Shown piece after piece: positions 9,246 to 18,989 of a stretch of 64,000 nt of DNA. Both the position numbers and the translations under genes were made by a program. Under the pieces are notes generated by a model that was given only the letters and a program-made list of their open reading frames with translations, was not told the DNA's origin and made no database searches. This DNA is from Bdellovibrionales bacterium (GTDB lineage: Bacteria; Bdellovibrionota; Bdellovibrionia; Bdellovibrionales; JAGQZY01). Where the stretch lies: positions 256,001 to 320,000 of the forward strand of contig CAXRHT010000001.1 in NCBI GenBank assembly GCA_964230645.1. The letters are read 5' to 3'. Within the stretch, counting starts at the first letter, position 1. Every line of letters starts with the position of its first letter.

Positions 9246-9998
9246 TTAGAGGTAAATTTTCTTCATTTCTTCGAATTCGCGGACGACGTCTTCTCGGATT
9301 TGTTCTTTTACTTTTTTCATTTCTTCGATGGGGACTTTGGCCATGTCGACAGGTGGAAGGAATCTTACGCCCACTTTTTTTGTCCAATTTGTTTTGTTAA
9401 TCAGGATAGAGCCTTTTGGTAGCACGCGGTCCATTCCGCAGATGACCACGGGGACGACGGGCATTTTTGCGTTGATGGCGAAGATGAAGGGGCCGGATTT
9501 GAATTTTTTTATCTCATCACCTTCGCGTCGTCCACCCTCTGGAGCTAAAGCGAAGGCTTCGCCTTTGGCGACTCTTTCTTCAGCTTTTCGGTAGACTTCT
9601 ATTACTTTGCTTCTGTCTTCTCTTGTGATTGGTAGAGTTCCGGCTAACTCCATAGCTTTTCCGAAAAGGGGAATTTTGAAAAGGGAGGCTTTGGCTCCGT
9701 AGCGGAAACTTTTAGGTGAACAGACAAATAAAAAGGGAATGTCCATATGACTGCAGTGGGTGAATAAAAAGAGGAAGCCTTTGTTTTTTGGGACATTTTC
9801 TTGGCCTTCGATTTCAGGGATGACTCCGCTAAGTTTTACCATCGGGTAGCACCACATGGGGCCTACGGCGAAATCCACTATTTTTCTGGGAGCTCTTAGG
9901 AGTAAAAGACTAATCACTATGATCGAGCAATAGCCGGTGTGGAGGGCTACGAAAAATGCGAGAAAAAAAGAGCGAAGAAAAGCTAGGATTTTTAGCAT
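9246..9998 (-). CDS. plsC: 1-acyl-sn-glycerol-3-phosphate acyltransferase
   Basis: HCSHMD (HxxxxD), AK.SLFKIPLFG and PEGGR motifs. Confidence 0.88.
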   Translation of the reverse strand: MLKILAFLRSFFLAFFVALHTGYCSIIVISLLLLRAPRKIVDFAVGPMWCYPMVKLSGVIPEIEGQENVPKNKGFLFLFTHCSHMDIPFLFVCSPKSFRYGAKASLFKIPLFGKAMELAGTLPITREDRSKVIEVYRKAEERVAKGEAFALAPEGGRREGDEIKKFKSGPFIFAINAKMPVVPVVICGMDRVLPKGSILINKTNWTKKVGVRFLPPVDMAKVPIEEMKKVKEQIREDVVREFEEMKKIYL

Positions 9999-10114
9999 AG
10001 GTCATTCTACTCATCCCTGGACTCAGGTCAATAAATCCGGCGAAAAGACGAGATCTCAGTGAATTCATTAATTTTGGGTACTATTGTGCCGATATGAGAC
10101 ATTGAGGAAGCAAC

Positions 10115-11023
10115 ATGGATTTCAACGAGATAATTAGCAAAATAACAGCCTGGATCAGCGTTCCCTTATTCGAATTAAGGGGCAATCCTATTTCTGTTAA
10201 GAGCCTAATCGTCTTAGCTTCCCTCCTCTGGGGCTTCTACTGGCTTTCCAAGTGGATCGAAAAATTTGCTCATAAGACTCTTTTATATAAAGACATCGAC
10301 CCTGGGATTAAGGGTTCCATTGAGCGATTCAGTCGCTATTTTATTTTAATTATTGGTACTTTTGTGAGTTTAAGCTCCATTGGAATTAACTTAACAACTT
10401 TGACCGCCGTCGGTGGATTTGCCCTAGTCGGTATTGGTTTTGGACTACAGAACATCACCCAAAACTTTATGTCTGGAATTGTCATTCTCCTCGAACGCCC
10501 CATTAAAAAAGGGGATATCGTCAGAGTGGGTGACACCTCTGGCCGAGTTCTCGACATCAAAGCTCGCTCCACACTGGTTCTTACCCGTGATGACGTTGTT
10601 ATGATTGTGCCGAACTCCGACTTTATCAGTAAGCAAGTGGTCAATGATAGTTTTTCAGGCGATAAACTCCGATTGCATGTTGATGTCGGTGTTGCTTACG
10701 ACTCAGATATCGATACTGTCACACAAGTCCTTATGGACGTGGCTTCAAGACACGATAAGGTCCTTTCCTCTCCCCCACCCACTGTTGTGCTTAAAGAGTT
10801 TGCAGATTCAAGTCTCAACTTCACCTTAAGAATTTGGACCAGTGAGTTGTGGTTTTTCGATCTTCTTCTCTCAGAGCTTCGCTATGAAATTGTGCGAGAA
10901 TTCCGCAAAAAAGGAGTCACAATCCCCTTTCCTCAAAGAGATCTGCATCTTCGCTCAGTGTCTGCGGAAAAGCCTCTTGGGATACGAAGTGTGGCTTCGG
11001 TGCGAAAACCTGGAGATCACTAA
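10115..11023 (+). CDS. Small-conductance mechanosensitive channel (MscS family)
   Basis: GIGFGLQNI..NFMSG, ERPIK.GD, VPNS, VGVAYDSD and IPFPQRDL motifs. Confidence 0.92.
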   Translation: MDFNEIISKITAWISVPLFELRGNPISVKSLIVLASLLWGFYWLSKWIEKFAHKTLLYKDIDPGIKGSIERFSRYFILIIGTFVSLSSIGINLTTLTAVGGFALVGIGFGLQNITQNFMSGIVILLERPIKKGDIVRVGDTSGRVLDIKARSTLVLTRDDVVMIVPNSDFISKQVVNDSFSGDKLRLHVDVGVAYDSDIDTVTQVLMDVASRHDKVLSSPPPTVVLKEFADSSLNFTLRIWTSELWFFDLLLSELRYEIVREFRKKGVTIPFPQRDLHLRSVSAEKPLGIRSVASVRKPGDH

Positions 11024-11119
11024 TAAAATCAGTGACTCAAGGCACAATTTACTGATTTATCAACTTTTACACGACAAACTAATGAGGTTAGACAATCCGT
11101 GAGAATAATAGGAGGAATT

Positions 11120-11500
11120 GTGAAAAAGCTTTTGATTTTAAGTGCTATCGTTATGGGTCTCGGAGCTTGCAGCTCAGCTGAAAAGAAAGACATGAAAGAT
11201 GCCGGCGATGAGGCTCAGGCAACGGCCGAGCAAACAAAAGAAAATATGGAAGAAAAAGCCGAAGAGGCCAAAGAAGAAGCGGAGTCCTCCATGGAAGGCA
11301 GCAAAGCCTCCTGCACACTCGACAAAGACACTCGTGTGATCGAAGTGAAGAAAACTGAGGGTGGCGGATGCGAACTTTTCTATACAAAGTTTGGTGAATC
11401 GAAGTCTGTGGCTTCTTCTGGGTTCGGAACACAGTATTGCGAAGAAGTAAAAGATCGCATTCAGTCCAACTTGAGTAAAGCTGGATTTACATGTCAATAA
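11120..11500 (+). CDS. Lipoprotein, hypothetical
   Basis: GGAGG RBS before GTG at 11120, lipobox LGAC, C-terminal four-Cys domain. Confidence 0.75.
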   Translation: MKKLLILSAIVMGLGACSSAEKKDMKDAGDEAQATAEQTKENMEEKAEEAKEEAESSMEGSKASCTLDKDTRVIEVKKTEGGGCELFYTKFGESKSVASSGFGTQYCEEVKDRIQSNLSKAGFTCQ

Positions 11501-12312
11501 TTAGGCCTCTAAAGCCTTTGGGACGAACCTTTGGGTTCGTCCTTTTTTTTGTCTTTTTTCTTGGTCTGTCTGCCCCTAGTCAGGCGGACGAAAAAAAACC
11601 ACAGTCTAAATGGGGTTTGGGGCTTGGAGCTGGTTGGATCAGTGACTATCCAGGAGCCGCCCAGGGACGAATGCGTTTTCTTCCCTTCCCTGTTTACAGA
11701 GGCAGTGCTTTTCGAATCGACCGAATCTCCGGCGTATCCGGGGATGTGTTTGCTAACACGCGCTTTGATTTTTCCTGGAATTTTATTTTTCAATTTCCTA
11801 CCGATTCAGAGTCCATTCCCGTGCGCCAAGGAATGCCCGATCTTGATTGGTTATTAAGTCTTGGGCCACAGATGAAATACTTTATCTATGTGCACCCCAA
11901 TCATACCTTTTTCTTTCGATTTCCCATTCGCCTCAACGCTTGCACTAACTTTGCAAAACGTTCGCGCTTTTGCGGGGTTGTTTTTAACCCTGGATTCCGT
12001 CACGCCATTCGTTATCAAGGTTTAGGAGAGCTGACCTTTCGCGCCGAAGCTCTGATTCAATCAAGTGAATACCAACAGTACTTCTTTGAGGTCCCCAAAG
12101 AATTTGCCACCCCCACCAGACCAAGCTTCCACGCCCGAGCTGGCTTCTTAGGCTTTGTTTATGGATTTTTTCACACCCTTCCTTTTGAGGGATGGAACCT
12201 TTCTTCATCCGTAAACATTTATGATTACAGCCTAGCCATCAATCACAACTCCCCCCTATTCATTCACAAAACCAACTATGGTTTTCTAATGGCTGTCACT
12301 TTTGATATTTAG
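11491..12312 (+). CDS. MipA/OmpV family outer-membrane protein
   Basis: WGLGLGAG..DYPG, PFPVYRG, R.GMPDLD and Y.QYFFEV motifs. Confidence 0.75.
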   Translation: MSIIRPLKPLGRTFGFVLFFVFFLGLSAPSQADEKKPQSKWGLGLGAGWISDYPGAAQGRMRFLPFPVYRGSAFRIDRISGVSGDVFANTRFDFSWNFIFQFPTDSESIPVRQGMPDLDWLLSLGPQMKYFIYVHPNHTFFFRFPIRLNACTNFAKRSRFCGVVFNPGFRHAIRYQGLGELTFRAEALIQSSEYQQYFFEVPKEFATPTRPSFHARAGFLGFVYGFFHTLPFEGWNLSSSVNIYDYSLAINHNSPLFIHKTNYGFLMAVTFDI

Positions 12313-12618
12313 TTACTTGTCTGAGCACCACTCAAATGGGCGCTCACCCTGTTTTCTTTGCAAATTCACCATTTTATAATTTTTCTCGACGCACCCTGGT
12401 CGCTATCAGCAAACATTCTTTTCATCTGACGAATCAAGCCGACACAAAAAATCTTCTGTTAACAATGGTATTGCATTCAACCTCTAGAATTCTTCGTCAT
12501 ACAAGCGCACGACTAACTTTCCATCCACTCATTTTGACGAAACAGGCTAAAAATCTCTATAAAACGGCTGTTTTCAAAAACGAACAACAAACATCTTTAA
12601 CAACAAAAGGAGAACAAG

Positions 12619-12975
12619 ATGAAAAAATTACTAGTGATCGCTATCATGGCCGTATCAAGTGTTGCATTTGCTCGCGGGGAAAAAACAGTATTCAGCGAAA
12701 CTGTACAAGGTGCTACAGCTCAAGAAGCTTACGACAATGGAATGGCTTTAGTTGCTGCTATCGAAGCTGCTGGTGAGACTCGTCCAGAAGTTTCTGGAAT
12801 GGCTTACAATGCAATGAAAGTTTACAGCGATTGTTTTCTTTCTTCTAGCGAAGCTCAAGACAACGACTACCTAAAAAGAAAAGCTTACCTTGTAGGTCAA
12901 ATCACTCAAGGGATCGACGTAAAAACTGGTTACAACGTTTGGAACGTAACTGTTAAAATTTCTTGCGAGCAGTAA
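12619..12975 (+). CDS. Small secreted hypothetical protein
   Basis: AAGGAG RBS, signal peptide ending AFA, own terminator. Confidence 0.8.
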   Translation: MKKLLVIAIMAVSSVAFARGEKTVFSETVQGATAQEAYDNGMALVAAIEAAGETRPEVSGMAYNAMKVYSDCFLSSSEAQDNDYLKRKAYLVGQITQGIDVKTGYNVWNVTVKISCEQ

Positions 12976-12998
12976 TCTCTTAGAAATTTCTTAAACTT

Positions 12999-13030
12999 AA
13001 AAGCCCTGGGTTAACACTCAGGGTTTTTTT
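12999..13030. terminator. Bidirectional intrinsic terminator
   Basis: AAAAGCCCTGGGT...ACTCAGGGTTTTTTT between convergent genes. Confidence 0.8.
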
Positions 13031-14436
13031 TATTTTAAATTCAATTTTTCTTGAAACAGAATATTCCCTTTCTGTCCCCAACTCTTAACTTCCCAGACTC
13101 CTTTTTTCTGAGCCTCTAAAGTCACAAAGTTCCATGTGCCGTCCACTCCATGAATGCGATGAGGATTGGGATCTCTTTCGAGGGCATCTTCATAAACAGA
13201 ACTGTGAACAGGACTTGAGGTTACCTCATAACTTCCTCCCGACACTTCTGTCGTTGGGATTTTCATCAATTCACTCATATGACGATCTCCGGAAATAAAC
13301 AGATAGCGCGCTTTCTTTTTATTAAGAAGCGAGAGTAAATCTTTAAACTCTTTTTTATGATTGCCTTCAAAGGATTCGAAACTATGGTAGGCCCCAAAGA
13401 ATTGGTCACCAGAGACAAGCCAGTTGAGATGATCCTCACTTAACTGCTCCCCGACCCACTTTATTTGCTTTTCACCAAGATGGTGTTCTTTGTCTCGAAA
13501 CGAGCGGTTATCAAGAAAGAGGAAGTTTTGCTTTTGCCACTGGAACGAAAAAGCCACTCCAGGTCCTTTTTCGACGGCTTCTGTGGAAAAATACAGGGGA
13601 AAGAAAGATCGAAAGATCTGGGCACTGATCTCTTTGTTGGAGTACTCAGCCCCGCCATTGTTTTTACCGTAATCATGATCATCCCAGACTCCGTAAACTG
13701 GCACCAGACTCTCCCAGCGAAATATGGGAAGCTTAAAACGGGTTTCCATATGACGTCGCCAAATGGTTTGTGGGTCCATCCCGTTGGGGCGAATCTTAAT
13801 ACCCTGATCGAGATAGGAGTTATCACCAATCATAAAAATGAGTGTTGATTTTCTCTTTTCAAGTGTCGACCAAATGTCTTTTATATCCTTGTAGCTATCT
13901 TTCATACAAGACAACAAAGACACTTTCGGCTTCTCCTCCTTTTTGTGAAACAATCGAAAACGGCGCGCATCTAAAAGCTCGCCCATTTCATTGGTTACAA
14001 AAAGTTTGTAGGACGCTCCGGCCTTTAAATCTTCAAAAGCGATATGCCAAAGGCGTCGACTTGTTTTATAGCGATGCACTTCTTTAAGAATATTTGGCTC
14101 AGAGATTTTCATCTGGCCCTTCTGACGAATGAGAAATCTTAAGGGAGCTTTTCCCTCCTGAGCCACTACAAATTGACTGGCATTGATTGTGGTCACTCCT
14201 TGCATTATGGGGAGGCGATGCTGGACCTCCACTTTCTTTCCCAAAAGAGCGCAGGAGGCTTTGTGCTTTTTTTTACAGAGGGGCTCCAGGCGAGCTTTGG
14301 CTTTCTCGATTTTTCCGGCTTTCAGAGCCTCTAAGGCGTCGTCAAATCCCGCCAGCTTCTTTTGGTGTTCAAAGCTGGTGCAACCGACAGCTAAAAGTAG
14401 GAGTGGTAGTAGTAAAGCTCTATTGAGCCTCGTCAA
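13030..14436 (-). CDS. phoD: Alkaline phosphatase D family lipoprotein
   Basis: GDNSYLD, WDDHDYG.N, LDNRSFR and SGDRH motifs. A TTG start at 14436 yields lipobox AVGC and avoids a 220-nt overlap with LysR. Confidence 0.82.
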   Translation of the reverse strand: MTRLNRALLLPLLLLAVGCTSFEHQKKLAGFDDALEALKAGKIEKAKARLEPLCKKKHKASCALLGKKVEVQHRLPIMQGVTTINASQFVVAQEGKAPLRFLIRQKGQMKISEPNILKEVHRYKTSRRLWHIAFEDLKAGASYKLFVTNEMGELLDARRFRLFHKKEEKPKVSLLSCMKDSYKDIKDIWSTLEKRKSTLIFMIGDNSYLDQGIKIRPNGMDPQTIWRRHMETRFKLPIFRWESLVPVYGVWDDHDYGKNNGGAEYSNKEISAQIFRSFFPLYFSTEAVEKGPGVAFSFQWQKQNFLFLDNRSFRDKEHHLGEKQIKWVGEQLSEDHLNWLVSGDQFFGAYHSFESFEGNHKKEFKDLLSLLNKKKARYLFISGDRHMSELMKIPTTEVSGGSYEVTSSPVHSSVYEDALERDPNPHRIHGVDGTWNFVTLEAQKKGVWEVKSWGQKGNILFQEKLNLK

Positions 14437-15346
14437 ATTTGGAGATAAGAAACTCCAAGGTTTTCTGAACAGGTGTGGAGTGAGTGCGGTTTTTAACAGT
14501 GGCCAGACTGATTTTGTTATGGGATTCTTTTCCTTTGGCATCAAATTCATAGAGCTTATAACCTTGTTCCAGTAGTTTTTCACCGTGGTGCCCCGGGAGA
14601 ACTCCAACTCCCATACCTGAGGTGATAAACCGAGCCACACCGAGGGCGTCGCTCACATAAGCTCGAACATTCAATTGCATTTGTCCGGCGCGAACATGCT
14701 GTTTCAACCAGTGCCTGAGAATTGGCTCCCCTTTTTCATAGGAAATATAATCAAAAGCCTCGTAAAAGCTTTTTCCTTTGAGGGACCCCACTTCTTTTTT
14801 CTTGGTCTTATAGTAATCTTCCGAACAGTAAAGTTTCAAGATTTCATCGTAAACTTTCTCAGTTTTAATCTGAGAGTCCATATTAAAATCATCCACAAAT
14901 GCAAAATCCACTTCACCGCTGAGAAGCATATTGTTGAGCACATGCCCTAATTCAAACTTCAAATTGAAATCAAGGTCTGGATGCTGTTCACCGAATTCCT
15001 TGAGCCATGGAATAATTAAGTTCAAACCAAAAACCACTGGCAATCCAATGGTCACCTCTCCTCTGAGTGTGTGATCTTTGGCGGTAACCCCTGTGAGAGC
15101 TTGTTCTAAACCTTTGAGCTGTGGAGAAATGTTATCATAAAGGGTTTTACCGGCCGCTGTTGGGATGAGCTTTTGTTTGATTCGATCAAAAAGCTTAACT
15201 TCAAGAGAGTCTTCAAGGGAACGTATGTGCTGGCTTATGCCCGACTGGGTCAAATGCAGCTCCGTGGCGGCCTGAGTCATACTGCGTGTGCGGTACACGG
15301 ATTCAAAGATTCTAAGGTAATTCAGGTTGATTTGATCTAAAAGCAT
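14420..15346 (-). CDS. LysR family transcriptional regulator
   Basis: N-terminal HTH SMTQAA.ELHLTQSGISQHIRSLE..L..KLFDR. Confidence 0.93.
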   Translation of the reverse strand: MLLDQINLNYLRIFESVYRTRSMTQAATELHLTQSGISQHIRSLEDSLEVKLFDRIKQKLIPTAAGKTLYDNISPQLKGLEQALTGVTAKDHTLRGEVTIGLPVVFGLNLIIPWLKEFGEQHPDLDFNLKFELGHVLNNMLLSGEVDFAFVDDFNMDSQIKTEKVYDEILKLYCSEDYYKTKKKEVGSLKGKSFYEAFDYISYEKGEPILRHWLKQHVRAGQMQLNVRAYVSDALGVARFITSGMGVGVLPGHHGEKLLEQGYKLYEFDAKGKESHNKISLATVKNRTHSTPVQKTLEFLISKFDEAQ

Positions 15347-15686
15347 GTTTTTCCCAATTTTTCTCGGCCTAATAAGGTTGTAAAAAGATCGACAAAAAAA
15401 CGCAACCTATAAAGCTGTGTATAGTATTTTTTCGACTCCTCTGACATTCGCCTCACCGAGCCCCCAAGTTGTGGAGGCTTTTGAGTGAATAGTTGACAGT
15501 CGACTAAATTTCAAAAAGTGCTTTTTTTTTGAAACTCAAACAATTTCAGAGATTTAGAGCGTCTCATTCGGAAACGATGACTCAATAAGCCCATTAGTTC
15601 CAAGAGCTTACCCCATTTTTTAAGCTTCCAGACCTTCGTACTAAAATAAAAACACAAAGGTAAGGAATGAAAGAAAGAGGGTTTAT

Positions 15687-16757
15687 ATGAATAGGTTAAT
15701 GAGACTAAAGATTTTCGGATTCGCGCTGTCCATTCTTTTTCTAGCAGGTTGTGCAGGAGACACTGGCTTTTCACTGGGAGGCGATCAGAACGTCTTTCAG
15801 CAGAGTGTCACTCGTACTAAGGTGAAAGTGGATATTCTCTGGGTGATCGACAACTCAGGTTCAATGGAAACTTCACAAGACAATGTGGCGGCCAACTTTC
15901 AATCTTTTATTGAAAAGTTCCAGCAAACAAACTTCGACTATCAAATGGCTGTTACAGCCACTGACGCCTGGCTTGCTCCCCATGATGGTGATCCAAGCCT
16001 AGCTCGATTCAGGGACGGTACAGATGCTACAGGTCACTCTGGTGTAACAGTGATTAAACCAGACACCCCTGATCTTGAGGCCACCTTCTCTAACAATATT
16101 CGTTTAGGTGTTAACGGAAGTGGTGATGAAAGAGGTTGGCAGTCACTACAGGAAGCTTTGAGCCTTCAAGCCAATCTTGATGAGCCCTTTCCAAGACAAG
16201 ATGCTCTTTTAGCTGTGATTTTTCTCACAGATGAAGACGACTTCTCTCATGATGGTCTCTACAACGCTCAGGCTCAAGCCGATCCTTATAACAATCCGGA
16301 TCTTCACGATCCCATGCAGTACTTTGACTTTCTTTATAACTTAACAGGAAGTAGCGAGGGAGACTTAAACTTTATTGTAAACACGATCGGTATTTTCGAC
16401 CAACAGTGTTTAGACGATCTAAGCTCTGATGGATTCACTGGTCGTTTTATTGCTCAACGCTATGTTGGAGTGACAGACGCCACGGGTGGATACAAAGGAA
16501 GTCTTTGTGATGACTTCACCGATGTGATGTCTGGAATTTCTGATTCGATTATTGAAAAATCAACAGCTTTTAAACTCAATCGTGAGCCTGACATTGACTC
16601 CATTGAAGTGGTTGTGGATGGGAGAGACATTCCACAAGATCCTGACAATGGCTGGACTTACAATTCCGATGGTTGGCTGATCACTTTCCATGGTGACGCG
16701 ATCCCTGGATCGGAAGCCATTGTGAATATTACTTTTGACCCTATTGGATTGAAATAA
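15687..16757 (+). CDS. VWA-domain lipoprotein (CglB-like architecture)
   Basis: Lipobox LAGC, VDILWVIDNSGSM (MIDAS DxSxS), FLTDEDD, C-terminal beta-sandwich. Confidence 0.75.
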   Translation: MNRLMRLKIFGFALSILFLAGCAGDTGFSLGGDQNVFQQSVTRTKVKVDILWVIDNSGSMETSQDNVAANFQSFIEKFQQTNFDYQMAVTATDAWLAPHDGDPSLARFRDGTDATGHSGVTVIKPDTPDLEATFSNNIRLGVNGSGDERGWQSLQEALSLQANLDEPFPRQDALLAVIFLTDEDDFSHDGLYNAQAQADPYNNPDLHDPMQYFDFLYNLTGSSEGDLNFIVNTIGIFDQQCLDDLSSDGFTGRFIAQRYVGVTDATGGYKGSLCDDFTDVMSGISDSIIEKSTAFKLNREPDIDSIEVVVDGRDIPQDPDNGWTYNSDGWLITFHGDAIPGSEAIVNITFDPIGLK

Positions 16758-16795
16758 AACCTTTGTGACGACTATTCAGAAACATCTCTTTTTGA

Positions 16796-16830
16796 GCCCC
16801 ACTCTGTCCAAGAGTGGGGCATTTTTATTT
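16796..16830 (+). terminator. Intrinsic terminator
   Basis: GCCCCACTCT/AGAGTGGGGC stem plus T-run. Confidence 0.85.
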
Positions 16831-16927
16831 TTAAGAGCATTAAAACGGTTTTCATAAAAAAGACCCTCAACTCCCACCGACCAACGTCCGATAAAAAAGT
16901 ACAACTATTCGCCCTATAGGATGGTTA

Positions 16928-17302
16928 ATGCGTGTGTCTGTGATTGTTTTTATTTTGCTCGCCCTGATCATGTCAGGATGCGGCCTTGAATCGACGGTTC
17001 CTTCCGAACAGTCCTCCTCCCCATCCAGGGAAAGAGCGGTGTTTATATCTAGTATTGAGGATACACCCTCTGGCTCTATTGTCACCTGCGCACTCAATGA
17101 GGTTCTAGTGAGTGACAATATGGAAGTGCCTCTTTTTTTAGAGTTTGAGGGCGTAATGATTGAGCGAGTGATTCTATCCAATGAAGGCCTTTTCAGTTTT
17201 CACGCCTACGATCCCCCAGCAGACGGTAAGATTGTTTGTGTGGTCGAACTTGCCGATGCTGAGTTTGAAAGTGAAGAGGCATGGTTAGAGCACCAAGAGT
17301 AA
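16928..17302 (+). CDS. Lipoprotein, hypothetical
   Basis: Lipobox MSGC; TCAA-N16-TCCGATAA upstream. Confidence 0.65.
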   Translation: MRVSVIVFILLALIMSGCGLESTVPSEQSSSPSRERAVFISSIEDTPSGSIVTCALNEVLVSDNMEVPLFLEFEGVMIERVILSNEGLFSFHAYDPPADGKIVCVVELADAEFESEEAWLEHQE

Positions 17303-17384
17303 AAGCCGTAATATTTTCAAACCTACTTTTTATCATCCTCCAAATTCAATAAGATACAAGCCAAACAGTATCCTTAAGGAATTT

Positions 17385-18350
17385 ATGAGACCAAATTTTC
17401 AAACACAACTTATCTCCGTTTTATGGACTATACTTATCTTTTGCACACCAAACATGGGCTGGTCCCAGTCCACTGACAGGATTGACGGAGCCTTATGGCG
17501 ATTAAAATCAAAAACAGGGGGCTCTAAATGCACAGGGGTCTTTGTGTCGCCGAAGGGGTATTTTCTCACCAATCTTCACTGCATCACTCAGTGTCTTGAG
17601 GACAATGATCTCTTAGTGACTTCTGACCCTGACACGAAGTACGAGCCGCTACGACCCTACAAGGAATCAGCCTTTCATAAGCTATATCTCACTTTGCAAG
17701 TAGACAGGGAAATTCTCTGTGAAGACCTTATTATCTCTCATCCTTCTTTAAAGAAGCTTTACGGAAAACCTTCCCTCCTTGCATGGGGGCGCGGCTGGGG
17801 AACCCTTTCCACAAAAAACATCGATCAATTGAGTGAATCCGACTTTTTGGAATGGACAAACTCGGTAGAAGATTACGCTCTATTGCAATTCTACCCAAGA
17901 GAAGATGAGACTTTTTCCTGCCTTCCCCTTGTTCCTGTTGGCGAAATTTCTGAGGACTATCAGGTGGAAACACTCGGCTATCCCAGTGGCAAGATTCATT
18001 CTGGAGGTCTCACCCTCTTTCGATATTCAGGAAGCTTACGGTCCCCTGGGAGTTTGTCTCCTTATTTAAAAAGTCTCCCTCTCTCACCGCTTGCAATAAA
18101 TCGCCATCGTTACATAAACTCACACCCAAAGCTTCTGGTCAGCAGTGCCGCTGTTTTTCCTGGAATGAGCGGAGGCGTCCTTATTAATTCCAAGAAAGAA
18201 ATAATAGGCCTTAATTACTCTACAAATAAAAGCGCTTCGGAAGAGTCTTTAGAGAAAGGTTCCAGTTTTTCTTTTGGTGCTGAATTTCTTATTGAAAGCC
18301 TACAAACAAATTGGTCCCTAGCTCAAGACAAAATAAAATGTAATGATTAA
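17385..18350 (+). CDS. Secreted trypsin-like serine protease
   Basis: CTGVFVS..G..LTNLHC (His), DYALL (Asp), PGMSGG (Ser). Confidence 0.85.
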   Translation: MRPNFQTQLISVLWTILIFCTPNMGWSQSTDRIDGALWRLKSKTGGSKCTGVFVSPKGYFLTNLHCITQCLEDNDLLVTSDPDTKYEPLRPYKESAFHKLYLTLQVDREILCEDLIISHPSLKKLYGKPSLLAWGRGWGTLSTKNIDQLSESDFLEWTNSVEDYALLQFYPREDETFSCLPLVPVGEISEDYQVETLGYPSGKIHSGGLTLFRYSGSLRSPGSLSPYLKSLPLSPLAINRHRYINSHPKLLVSSAAVFPGMSGGVLINSKKEIIGLNYSTNKSASEESLEKGSSFSFGAEFLIESLQTNWSLAQDKIKCND

Positions 18351-18362
18351 ACTTCTATAAAA

Positions 18363-18887
18363 TTAATTAGGTGGCTCAAAAGTGAAAATAACATTGAGTG
18401 AGCCAAGATTAGAAGGCATCGGGTTTGATACCTGTTGATTGGTATCGGTCAGCCCCACAAGCTCTAGTGACAAAGTGTACATTCTGTCGGGCACGACAGG
18501 TTCTTTATTGATGAGAATCGGTACAACGAAACGCCCCGACTCACAGCGGTCATCCACAAATCCTTGTGCTACCACTTTCTGAGCTCCGAAGCCTTCTCTC
18601 ATTTCAAAAAGAAAACTATGATGTCTAAACTGTCCCACACCACAGATCCCGCCCACATTAAAGTGACCACCATTGTTAAGTGTAGAATATTCGATTTTAT
18701 AAGGATCAAACTCTCGGATGGTCATCCAGAGCTGATTGGCACTGGTGGCACAGTTCCCCTCACTACATTGTTGCGGTGTTAGGGCTTCTTCGGCCATAGA
18801 TAAAGTGTCTCGTGTGAGATTATCTCCACAATTTTGGAATCCTAAAAGGATCACTCCCATTGTCATAAAGACAAGAACGACTTTCAT
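18363..18887 (-). CDS. Lipoprotein with FQNC signal motif
   Basis: LLGFQNCG lipobox variant; TCGA-N16-GCCGATAA upstream. Confidence 0.75.
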   Translation of the reverse strand: MKVVLVFMTMGVILLGFQNCGDNLTRDTLSMAEEALTPQQCSEGNCATSANQLWMTIREFDPYKIEYSTLNNGGHFNVGGICGVGQFRHHSFLFEMREGFGAQKVVAQGFVDDRCESGRFVVPILINKEPVVPDRMYTLSLELVGLTDTNQQVSNPMPSNLGSLNVIFTFEPPN

Positions 18888-18989
18888 GTATCCCCCAGTC
18901 CCTCTATTATCGGCTTATTGCTTAAGAAAATCGAATGATTTGCCTCCCCTTGGTACCATCTTCAAATAATTGATGTTAGAAGTCTCATA

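Noticed and set aside
14437..14640. N-terminal extension of phoD overlapping LysR by 220 nt
   Set aside because: A TTG start at 14436 gives a proper lipoprotein signal, so the extension is an ORF-calling artefact.
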